From a virus (Duplodnaviria > Heunggongvirae > Uroviricota > Caudoviricetes): a stretch of 64,000 nt of DNA. The position numbers were made by a program, and so were the translations under genes. Below are positions 16,654-24,670 of this stretch, piece by piece. Location: the IMG/VR virus record IMGVR_UViG_3300032007_000006, positions 1 through 64,000 of that record. One strand, written 5' to 3'. The notes beneath the pieces are model-generated. The model was given only the letters and a program-made list of their open reading frames with translations. It did not search any database and was not told the DNA's origin. Positions within the stretch are counted from its first letter, which is position 1. The number at the start of each line of letters is the position of its first letter.

Positions 16654-16821
16654 CTAAACATCCATTTCCTTGCGAATGAAGGAACCACGATGCTTTTCCT
16701 TGCGGCTGTAGTCCTTTTTGGAGCGATAGGCTCCAGCGTTGCGGCGCTTGGACACCATCTCCATGTACACAACAGGAGCCATCTTGACTTCGGTCTTTAT
16801 GGAGCAGACTATCTTGGACAT
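16654..16821 (-). CDS. small basic protein (55 aa, not in ORF track), ArfA-like motif
   Basis: SD GGGAGG; MSKIVCSIKTEVKMAPVVYMEMVSKRRNAGAYRSKKDYSRKEKHRGSFIRKEMDV. Confidence 0.7.
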   Translation of the reverse strand: MSKIVCSIKTEVKMAPVVYMEMVSKRRNAGAYRSKKDYSRKEKHRGSFIRKEMDV

Positions 16822-16845
16822 CGTGGTCCTCCCTTGCTTTAGAGA

Positions 16846-17229
16846 TTATTTTTCTTCTTCTTCATCTTCATCTTCAAACGCACCGTTTTCGTATTCATCT
16901 TCCTCATCTTCTTCAACACGTTCAGCCAGCCAGTCGGCAAGATAAACGGCCAGTCCATGAAGAGCCGCCGCATTGTCTCGTCCCTGCCTAGACTGCCATT
17001 CCAGTTCAACTATCATGCGAGCCGTAAATTCAACCAGAGCGTGGCCGTCAATCACGCCAAGAATGCGAACGCCAGGATTGACGTTCATGGCCTTGTCCAG
17101 TACGCTGGCGTAGCCGTCGTCATCAAGAGGCTGCTGCATCAGATTTGAAATGTCCGAAGTCACGCAGGCCACAAGTTTCTCTACACGGCTGGAATCGAGA
17201 AGATTGTTGATAATGGAAAAGTCGCTCAC
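16846..17229 (-). CDS. acidic helical protein (paralog of 11160-11528)
   Basis: GTG start after AGGAGG; long D/E tail. Confidence 0.8.
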   Translation of the reverse strand: MSDFSIINNLLDSSRVEKLVACVTSDISNLMQQPLDDDGYASVLDKAMNVNPGVRILGVIDGHALVEFTARMIVELEWQSRQGRDNAAALHGLAVYLADWLAERVEEDEEDEYENGAFEDEDEEEEK

Positions 17230-17285
17230 GAAAGCCTCCTGGGTTTAGATGGTTGAAAGAGCAGTTCCCGCTCTTGACAGGAGCA

Positions 17286-17314
17286 GTTTTAGCACGGCTG
17301 GCCGTTCCTGTCAA
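17286..17314 (-). promoter_or_regulatory. sigma70-type early promoter
   Basis: TTGACA-17bp-TAAAAC, extended TG. Confidence 0.7.
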
Positions 17315-17337
17315 GCGGCCAGCCGAAAAATTTTCCT

Positions 17338-18687
17338 TTAGGCCTGCCGAACGGCCGAAAGCATGTCTGCACCAGACGAAAGCGCCTCAATCATGGAGAA
17401 GCTGTCGGCTTCCGTCTTGTCTAGACGGACTTCAGAGCATCTGGGAAGGAAAAGCGACCATTCTCCATTCTCATCCGCTATAAGTCCATTGGACTTCACT
17501 TCAAGAAAGAGTCCATGCTCCATTAAGTCCTCCTTTGCATCCCACAGAGCATGACGTTCATCATCGGAAAATCCAGAGCCAACTCCAACCTTGAGCAGTC
17601 CATCAGAGGACTCGCAGATGGCGCATCCAAGCATTCCGCGATACTTTCCAGTTCCTTCCATCATGTCAATGACTTTGAGGGTGTTTTCAATAACGATCTT
17701 GAACTTGACGCAATTCTTTGATCTCTTTCCCTCCCAGAGCATATTGCGGTTCTTGAGTATGGTTCCCTCCTCGCCGCGATTGATCATCTGCTGGAAGTGA
17801 ACAAACGCTTCATCCTTGCTGGCGACTTCCCTTGATTCGACAACAGACACCATCTTGCAGGAGGAAAAGGTCTTCTGCATCATCTGCAAAGTCTTCCAGT
17901 AGGGAATTGACCCACGACCACGGTCATATTCAACGGCAGTCACAATGTCCCAGATAACAAATCTAATTCTGTCTGCCTCCTTTTCCGATATGGTTCCATG
18001 CAGAGCCTTGTTCAGCAGGCCATTTCCTTCCTTGCGGGACATTATTTTTCCGCTGTCATCTACGGCCAGAAGCTCTCCATCAACAATCCATCCATCGGAT
18101 ATTGCATCGGACAAATCTTTGCTTAGTGCATTCAGGCCAAGAAACTCCTTTCCAGAGGAAGAGAGAAATGCGGCATGGCCATCTTCAACGAATGCAAGGC
18201 ATCTGGCACCATCCATCTTGGTCTGCGATATTGCAGGCCATTCAATTTCAGCCATGTTTTTTGCAGAGAATGGCATGGCCTTGCAGAGCAGAACCTTTTT
18301 CTTGAAATGATCAGGCCAGACCTTGCGGCACAGCGTTGCTTCAACGCCACAGTTGGGAAACTTGGTCAACATGCGGACAAAGACCTCAGCATCATTTCTG
18401 GTGCATCTGTCCAGAATGTTCTGGACAGCATCTCTGGCCTTGTTTCCGGTCAATTCTCTGGAGGAAAGCTGATCAAGAATTGAGAGCATATCCTGCATTT
18501 CCACGCCATCGCCACAGCCATGCTCGGGAATCTGCTTCACGCCATACTTTTTGTCGTTGAGACAGGCTTCAAAGAAGGAGAGTACGTCCTGATCGTCCTT
18601 GGAGTATTTCAGAATGGCCAGACGATTGTTGGTACTGGGTTCATTCTGCAAGGCGTTGACAACATCCCATACTTTCGCGGTAGACAT
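17338..18687 (-). CDS. lig: ATP-dependent DNA ligase (T4 gp30-like)
   Basis: KMDG adenylation motif, VDGEL, EGTILKN, KFK, EGTGK, VGSGFSD, SLFLP; start refined to MSTAK after AAGGAG. Confidence 0.95.
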   Translation of the reverse strand: MSTAKVWDVVNALQNEPSTNNRLAILKYSKDDQDVLSFFEACLNDKKYGVKQIPEHGCGDGVEMQDMLSILDQLSSRELTGNKARDAVQNILDRCTRNDAEVFVRMLTKFPNCGVEATLCRKVWPDHFKKKVLLCKAMPFSAKNMAEIEWPAISQTKMDGARCLAFVEDGHAAFLSSSGKEFLGLNALSKDLSDAISDGWIVDGELLAVDDSGKIMSRKEGNGLLNKALHGTISEKEADRIRFVIWDIVTAVEYDRGRGSIPYWKTLQMMQKTFSSCKMVSVVESREVASKDEAFVHFQQMINRGEEGTILKNRNMLWEGKRSKNCVKFKIVIENTLKVIDMMEGTGKYRGMLGCAICESSDGLLKVGVGSGFSDDERHALWDAKEDLMEHGLFLEVKSNGLIADENGEWSLFLPRCSEVRLDKTEADSFSMIEALSSGADMLSAVRQA

Positions 18688-18724
18688 TAGGCTTGCTCCT
18701 TTTCGCTTGGCGTTGACAGAAAGA

Positions 18725-18753
18725 ATTGTACTCCCTTCAGCGACAGATGTCAA
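18725..18753 (-). promoter_or_regulatory. sigma70-type promoter of the ligase
   Basis: TTGACA-17bp-TACAAT. Confidence 0.85.
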
Positions 18754-18977
18754 GCGTTCCCGAGAATTTTTTTTGCAGTCTCTCTGCCCTTGGGAGTGAG
18801 GCATGCCGTCATGCGATCCCCGTCAATCTCTCCTATTCTGATAAAACCATTCTCCTCAAGGAGTTTGGCCTGCCAGCGATAGCATCTTTTGCTAGGAAAT
18901 TTGATATTTTCTGCGGCGCAGCTTAGAATCTGCATGTCCACAGGTTCCCATACCCATCCATCAACAAACATGGCCAT
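18750..18977 (-). CDS. small winged-helix-like protein
   Basis: LLEENGFI...LTPKGRE; start refined after GAGG. Confidence 0.65.
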   Translation of the reverse strand: MAMFVDGWVWEPVDMQILSCAAENIKFPSKRCYRWQAKLLEENGFIRIGEIDGDRMTACLTPKGRETAKKILGNA

Positions 18978-18996
18978 AGCAGAATGCACCTCATGC

Positions 18997-19479
18997 TTAG
19001 AAGTATTCCTCTTCCTCTTCATCTGCACAGTCATCTGTTTCGATGGAAAGTGGTCCAAGATGAATGAGACCACGTCCTTCCTTCCAGCAGACAAGAGAGC
19101 CGCTTTCTTCCACTACAACCCACAGTTCTTTGGAGTCAATTCTGCCTTTGGCTTCTTCAGAGACAAGTTCCTCGGGAACTGCACCAAGCAGTCCTGCATC
19201 GACTCCAAAGGAATAGAAGGAATTGTTTGCAGAACAGTATCCAGAATAGAGACCATCGCCCCATGCGGTGCTGTAGACGGCCATCTTGCATCCCTTGTAT
19301 TCAAAGAGACCATTTCCTTCAAAGTAGTTCACATGCTCCAGAAGGGAATGCCACTCTTCATCAGGAATGACATAGCATGGATCGCCAATGTAGTATCTGC
19401 CAGCAGGAAGAATGGCAGGACTGCTGTCAGCACCGAAGCATTCGCCGCTGAAATTGGAATGAATGACATTTGCGTTCAT
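18997..19479 (-). CDS. conserved phage hypothetical protein (GxYYIGDPCY family)
   Basis: LPAGRYYIGDPCYV, TAWGDG, VDAGLLG motifs; SD AAGGAG. Confidence 0.8.
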   Translation of the reverse strand: MNANVIHSNFSGECFGADSSPAILPAGRYYIGDPCYVIPDEEWHSLLEHVNYFEGNGLFEYKGCKMAVYSTAWGDGLYSGYCSANNSFYSFGVDAGLLGAVPEELVSEEAKGRIDSKELWVVVEESGSLVCWKEGRGLIHLGPLSIETDDCADEEEEEYF

Positions 19480-19495
19480 TTGCAGTCTCCTTTTG

Positions 19496-19816
19496 CTATA
19501 TTCTGGTGGCCTGAAACCAGTCCACTTCATAGAGATAGATTTCCTTGCCAGATGCAGTCTTGGCCCATTCATAGGTCGACAGAGAGCGTTCGGCCCAGTC
19601 AAGATTCCTTCTGGCCTCCTTTTTGAATCCATTCTTCAGAAGATCCATGGCCTTGGCGGCATAGCGTCCTGCGCTGTCCAGTTCCGAGTTGGCAAGAGCC
19701 GCACGAAACGCTGGAACGCTGGGAAATTTTCGGGAGGCACCTTCCACATCCATGGGAAGCCTGCCAGTCTCAGAGAGGGACTTGATCTGCTGGGCGCGTT
19801 CAAAAATGCCGATCAC
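19496..19816 (-). CDS. hypothetical protein
   Basis: GTG start after AAGGAGG; first gene after the 19858 promoter. Confidence 0.7.
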   Translation of the reverse strand: MIGIFERAQQIKSLSETGRLPMDVEGASRKFPSVPAFRAALANSELDSAGRYAAKAMDLLKNGFKKEARRNLDWAERSLSTYEWAKTASGKEIYLYEVDWFQATRI

Positions 19817-19857
19817 GGAAGCCTCCTTGGCTGGTGGTTCTCTCAACTGACGTGAGC

Positions 19858-19886
19858 AGCCTAGCATAGGCCGCGGCCGCTGTCAA
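19858..19886 (-). promoter_or_regulatory. sigma70-type early promoter
   Basis: TTGACA-17bp-TAGGCT; shares 21 identical bp with the 5606 promoter. Confidence 0.8.
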
Positions 19887-19971
19887 GTGGTCAGGCGAAA
19901 AAATCGCTGGTCAGCACACTATCTAAAATAAATACACTAAGCTGCAATATCCTGTGCAATAGAGAAGGAAC

Positions 19972-22338
19972 ATGGCTTTTAATATTGAAAGGTTGACTAT
20001 AAAGGATACATTCACCAACTGGAGAGACAAGATAAACGGCTTTATAGACATAGCCGTTCTTGCTCCAATGGCCGATGAAAATGGCGTCATGTACATAGAC
20101 GTTCCTCACTGCAATGCCAGAGAAGTCGTGTTCAATGTTCCCGTACGAATGAATGAGGAGTCAACAGCGGCAAGCCTTGAATGCACTACTTCATTCAAAT
20201 CGCCAAAAACCGTAACGACGATTCAGGAAACGGCCGACGCTGGCTTCAAATTAACTGGAAAGGAAGACTATATTCCATGGATTTCTGGACAAACGCAAAA
20301 TGGCATCATAACAATATACACGTCTTCGTTTGATGATTCTCTGCATTTTGCTGGCTTGAACATGGATGGAGAACTTGTCAACACGTTTTCGTGGAATCCA
20401 GTGACGAATCTTGTTTCTGCAACTGTTAGCAGGGCCAACAACGCCAATATAGCTGACACTTCAACAACGTTTCAGGTTGCAGACCTTACAGGAACAACAA
20501 TACCTGGAGCATATCCAATTTTCTTTGGTCCAGTTGAAGGAACTGCTGGCAGTGGTTCAATGGACAATAGTCTTACCTATCAGCCAAGAACTGGAACGCT
20601 TTCTGCAAAGAATTTTCAAGGTAATCTTATTGGCAATTCGGCAAGCGCGACAAAGGCCGAAAAACTTGCAAATGCAAGGAAACTGCAGCTTGGACAGGAT
20701 GCAACAGGATATGCAGTTTTTGATGGAACGGCTGACGTGACAATTCCATGCAAGCTGAATGCAACTGGAGTTATCGCTGGCTTGTATGGACCAGCTTCAA
20801 ATGTCAATGTTCCAAGAACAAACAGACGCTTTGTCGTTCCATCATTCAGAGTTGACGAAAAGGGAAGAATCACTGAAGCCTATACGCGAACAGTTGAATT
20901 TCCATTCCCTGAAGTGGACATTGATACTGAAATCAATCCAAATTCGCAAAATGCCGTTTCTAATTCTGCGGTTGCTCCCAGAATATTGAACATAGAAAGC
21001 ATTCTAGAAAGGACTCCAGGAATGGAGACGGCCACTCCATCAAGCAATGGTCTCATGTCTGCGGCAGACAAGACCAAGTTAAATGGACTTTCCCAGCTTC
21101 CGAGAATAAATTCCGTTGGCGTACAGATATTCAATGGCACAACGTCAACAGTAAAGTCTACAGTCACGAAACCGCTGTCCACGTCAAAACTTAGTCAGTT
21201 GACCATCAATGCAAAAAATGGCCTCAACGGTACGGTTTCAGTAACGGATCAACAGAACAATTCCCTAGTTGCAATTGATCTTTCTGTAGAACTTGGAGAA
21301 CTTGCTGGTTCTGGTCTTTCTTCATCAAATGGAAAATTGACTGTTCCAAACTACACTGGCGCCACTTCATCTGCGGCCGGAACTGCTGGACTTGTTCCAT
21401 CTGCAACGGCCGCACAAAGAGGACTTTTCTTGAATGGTGCTGGTCAATGGGCCAATCCAGTTGGAACGACATACAGTCCAGCAACGTCAAGCGCGAATGG
21501 ACTCATGTCGGCCGCAGATAAGGCCAAACTTGATGGAATTGCTGCACAGGCCGACAACGTAACGTTCACTCGTTCGTTGACTAGTGGCACCAAGATTGGA
21601 ACAATTACAATCAATGGAACGGCCACAGACATATATGGAGAAAAGAATACTGATACAAAGTATTCAAACTTCACTGCGGCAACAGCATCTGCGGCAGGAA
21701 ATGCTGGACTTGTTCCTGCACCAGCAAAGGGAGCACAGGCCAAGTTTCTTAGAGCTGATGCTACTTGGCAGACTCCTCCAGTGCAGACGTATTCTCCAGC
21801 AACAACAAGTGCCAATGGTCTAATGACAGCGGCCATGGTTACAAAACTTAATTCAATTGACAGTGGAGCGAACAGCGTTCCAATTGGAACAATATCTTAT
21901 TTTGCTGGAAAAACTGCACCAAGCAAGTATCTTGTCTGTAATGGACAGGCTGTTAGCAGAACAACATATTCGGCCTTGTTTGGTGTTATTGGAACAACAT
22001 ATGGAGCAGGCAATGGTTCTTCTACGTTTAATGTACCAAATTTAATTGGAAGATTTCCAGAAGGCAACGCTACTCCTGGCACAGTAAAAGCGGCTGGTCT
22101 GCCAAATATTAGCGGCGGACATTTAAGATTGCTTGATCCTGGAGATATAGAAACTGTGTCTGGTGGTCCATTTAGAGTTTCTGTATTTACAAAAACTCCA
22201 TTTTATGCTGGATCAGACAATAATGCCTTTGACTGTGATATTGATTTTAATGCTTCATGGGCTAATTCAATATATGGCAATTCAAATACAGTTCAACCAC
22301 CTGCACTAACATTGCTTCCTATAATAAAGGCTTTATAA
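19972..22338 (+). CDS. tail fibre protein with C-terminal tail-collar and receptor-binding tip
   Basis: ATxSANGLMSAADKxKL repeats; PIGTISYFAG..YLVCNGQAVSRTTYSALF..GTTYGAGNGSSTFNVPNL collar; GLPNI...IYGNSNTVQPPAL. Confidence 0.92.
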   Translation: MAFNIERLTIKDTFTNWRDKINGFIDIAVLAPMADENGVMYIDVPHCNAREVVFNVPVRMNEESTAASLECTTSFKSPKTVTTIQETADAGFKLTGKEDYIPWISGQTQNGIITIYTSSFDDSLHFAGLNMDGELVNTFSWNPVTNLVSATVSRANNANIADTSTTFQVADLTGTTIPGAYPIFFGPVEGTAGSGSMDNSLTYQPRTGTLSAKNFQGNLIGNSASATKAEKLANARKLQLGQDATGYAVFDGTADVTIPCKLNATGVIAGLYGPASNVNVPRTNRRFVVPSFRVDEKGRITEAYTRTVEFPFPEVDIDTEINPNSQNAVSNSAVAPRILNIESILERTPGMETATPSSNGLMSAADKTKLNGLSQLPRINSVGVQIFNGTTSTVKSTVTKPLSTSKLSQLTINAKNGLNGTVSVTDQQNNSLVAIDLSVELGELAGSGLSSSNGKLTVPNYTGATSSAAGTAGLVPSATAAQRGLFLNGAGQWANPVGTTYSPATSSANGLMSAADKAKLDGIAAQADNVTFTRSLTSGTKIGTITINGTATDIYGEKNTDTKYSNFTAATASAAGNAGLVPAPAKGAQAKFLRADATWQTPPVQTYSPATTSANGLMTAAMVTKLNSIDSGANSVPIGTISYFAGKTAPSKYLVCNGQAVSRTTYSALFGVIGTTYGAGNGSSTFNVPNLIGRFPEGNATPGTVKAAGLPNISGGHLRLLDPGDIETVSGGPFRVSVFTKTPFYAGSDNNAFDCDIDFNASWANSIYGNSNTVQPPALTLLPIIKAL

Positions 22339-22651
22339 GGCTTTGATAATCGGAAGAAGCGTAAGCGTTGGTGGCTGAACAGTAGAAGATGCTCCATATA
22401 TCGAATTTGACTTGATGTATCAAATGTAAAACAACACATTAATCCATGTCGAATTTTATCCGAATCGTCATAATATTATGGAACATAATCCTGTGATTTT
22501 AAAATCAAACCAAATGGTCCATTAACGGTTGTACATTCTTCATAAGTTTAACCAAAAGTTTCAAATTTGTCTTCCGAACGACTTGAATCAATTTTGTCGC
22601 TAATATTTGGCAGACCAGCCGCTTTTACTGTTCCAGGAGTAGCATTGCCTT
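22061..22651. repeat. 54-bp inverted repeats flanking a putative invertible tail-fibre tip segment
   Basis: 22061-22114 vs reverse complement of 22598-22651: 52/54 identical, 34-bp perfect core. Confidence 0.92.
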
Positions 22652-22670
22652 GCGGGAAGCGATTGATTAA
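22333..22670 (-). pseudogene. silent alternative tail-fibre C-terminal cassette (decayed)
   Basis: Reads LINRFPQGNATPGTVKAAGLPNIS...SNSIYGASSTVQPPTLTLLPIIKAL; in-frame TAA at 22548 and 22476, 1-nt deletion near 22411. Confidence 0.88.
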
Positions 22671-22780
22671 TATATTAATGTGTTGTAAAAATAATATGCA
22701 ATTGATGAAGTTGCTCTAGTATGCGAACTTCCATATTCTGGAAAGTCTGAACTTCTTGAAAAATTTGGTAAACCATTTTT
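22665..22780 (+). pseudogene. truncated duplicate of the leader and 5' end of the 23130 gene
   Basis: Near-identical to 23097-23214 with a few transitions and indels. Confidence 0.85.
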
Positions 22781-22915
22781 TACTTCTATTCAGACTATCC
22801 ATTGACTGATAAGAAAAAAAGAGTTTTAACGGAATATCGGCAGGCCTTGCGGGACATCACGAAACAGCCTGGCTGGTCAAGAGACATTCAATGGCCAGAG
22901 AAGCCGAAGTTATAA
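22781..22915 (+). pseudogene. C-terminal remnant of a tail fibre assembly chaperone
   Basis: SDYPLTD..EYRQALRDITKQPGWSRDIQWPEKPKL*, typical of phage tail assembly chaperones; no start codon. Confidence 0.8.
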
Positions 22916-22919
22916 TAGC

Positions 22920-22949
22920 AAATGGCTGGAATAATTATTCCAGCCATTT
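22920..22949. terminator. 30-bp perfect palindrome terminator
   Basis: AAATGGCTGGAATAATTATTCCAGCCATTT followed by T-run. Confidence 0.7.
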
Positions 22950-22957
22950 TTGTTGAT

Positions 22958-23103
22958 GCAGAACAGCATATTTGACCTTGTTTGGCGTTATTGGAACAAC
23001 ATATGGAGCAGGCAATGATTCCAGCATCTTTAACCTTCCAAACTTAATCAACCGCTTTCCACAAGGCAACATCACTCTTGATACAGTAAAAGTTGTTGAT
23101 TAA
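22958..23103 (+). pseudogene. second tail-collar domain fragment
   Basis: RTAYLTLFGVIGTTYGAGNDSSIFNLPNLINRFPQGNITLDTVKVVD*, homologous to 21958-22098. Confidence 0.85.
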
Positions 23104-23129
23104 TATATTAATAGTGTTATAAAAATAAT

Positions 23130-23642
23130 ATGCCAATTGATGAAGTCGCTCTAGTATGCGGACTTCCATATTCTGGAAAGTCTGAACTTCTTGAAAAATC
23201 TGGTGAACCATTTTTAAAATGGAATGAATTTCTTCAAAAGAAGTATAAAACTTTAGATTTTCAAGCAATTGAATTACATTTATCCTTAAAAAGAAAGAAA
23301 ACAATCAAAGAATTTGCTGAATTGACTAGAAAACTTACACTTGAAATGGAAGGAAAACGATTCTGGATTGAAGGTAGATTTATAATGCGTGAAGAACGTT
23401 TAGAAATGAAAAATGTTTTTCATGAAGTTGGCTTTAAAAGAATTGGATGTCTTGTTTTACATAATGTAAAAATATCTGAATTATTGAATAGATGCGAACA
23501 AATTTCAAAAAATTTTTCAAGAGATTCAAGCGATCTAATGTGGCAAATGCAAAATTTTGAAATTCCATCTAGAAATGAAGGCTTTGCTTGGATTGATTTT
23601 ATTCAGCCTGCTGATAGTCATTTAAGAGAAATTTCAGAATAA
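23130..23642 (+). CDS. P-loop kinase-like protein (AAA_33-type)
   Basis: VCGLPYSGKS Walker A; R..R lid; FEIPSRNEGF. Confidence 0.8.
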   Translation: MPIDEVALVCGLPYSGKSELLEKSGEPFLKWNEFLQKKYKTLDFQAIELHLSLKRKKTIKEFAELTRKLTLEMEGKRFWIEGRFIMREERLEMKNVFHEVGFKRIGCLVLHNVKISELLNRCEQISKNFSRDSSDLMWQMQNFEIPSRNEGFAWIDFIQPADSHLREISE

Positions 23643-23665
23643 ATGATGTTTAAAGGAGAAAATCA

Positions 23666-24604
23666 ATGGAAGATCCACTAAAACATTATGGTTCAGATGA
23701 TATTGACTGGTCTATTGGATCATTGTTTTGCCACGAAAGACCATTATTCAAGATTTTAACACTTTGTAAAACTTATGGAATATCTTCTGGAATCAAATGG
23801 GTTTTTGGCAGCCCATTATGTATTATGGGAGGAGGAAGAGTTTCTCCTGTAGATTTGAATGCGTCTGATGCTATAGGAATTATGGAGAAATGGATTAATC
23901 AAGGAATAGGATGTCGTTTAACATTTCAAAATCCATATCTGTCTTATGATGATTGTTATCAAGACAAAAAAGGAATGGATATTTTAAAATCAGCGAATGA
24001 AATGTCAACAAAAGATGTTACTAATGGAGTAATTCTTGCTTCCGACATTTTAGCTGACATTGTTAGAGAGAAGTTTCCGAATCTTCAAGTTATTCTTTCA
24101 ACAATTAGAACTGCCTTTGATGTAGGATATGGTCCAAAAAAGGATACGCTTGAATGGTATGCAGAAAAATTGAAAGATTCTTTATATGATATTGTTGTTG
24201 TAAATGCCGCTAAATGTTGGGAGGATGGATTTTTTGAGGCTCTTCCGGAAAAAAATAAGATTGAAGTTATTGCGTCTCATGCTTGTGTAAGAAACTGTCC
24301 CAGAGCAATGCGACATTATGATGCCATGATATGGGGAAGTCTTTGTCGAATTTTTAAGATTCCTGGAAATGGTTCATTAGAGCAATGCAATAGAATTTCC
24401 GAAGAATGCATTAGATATAAAAGAAATCATCCATTTGAATGTAGTTCATTAAATGAAAAACAAATTTCACATCTTGTTTCTATTGGAATACATCATTTTA
24501 AGATTGCTGGTCGTGTAGACAATGATGATGATCATTTAAGAGATGTACTTCAATATGTATTTCATCCAGAAAAGGTTAGATTCATGATGAATTCTATAGA
24601 TTAG
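23666..24604 (+). CDS. peptidase U32-family (Fe-S hydroxylase-like) protein
   Basis: GVILASD, VILST, IEVI..HACVRNC, further Cys, GIHHFKIAGR (U32 KIEGR motif). Confidence 0.75.
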   Translation: MEDPLKHYGSDDIDWSIGSLFCHERPLFKILTLCKTYGISSGIKWVFGSPLCIMGGGRVSPVDLNASDAIGIMEKWINQGIGCRLTFQNPYLSYDDCYQDKKGMDILKSANEMSTKDVTNGVILASDILADIVREKFPNLQVILSTIRTAFDVGYGPKKDTLEWYAEKLKDSLYDIVVVNAAKCWEDGFFEALPEKNKIEVIASHACVRNCPRAMRHYDAMIWGSLCRIFKIPGNGSLEQCNRISEECIRYKRNHPFECSSLNEKQISHLVSIGIHHFKIAGRVDNDDDHLRDVLQYVFHPEKVRFMMNSID

Positions 24605-24624
24605 AAATTAATAATTTAGATAAT

Positions 24625-24660
24625 AAAAAAGGGATGGATTTTAAAATCCATCCCTTTTTT
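24625..24660. terminator. 36-bp perfect palindrome, bidirectional terminator
   Basis: AAAAAAGGGATGGATTTTAAAATCCATCCCTTTTTT between convergent genes. Confidence 0.8.
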
Positions 24661-24670
24661 ATTTCAGTAT

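Noticed and set aside
18688-18804. N-terminal extension of the ligase given in the ORF track
   Set aside because: It spans the ligase promoter and the upstream gene; the SD supports a start at 18687
22061-23103. Diversity-generating retroelement (TR/VR) at the fibre tip
   Set aside because: No reverse transcriptase in the window; the copies differ by indels and wholesale loop replacement rather than adenine-specific substitutions
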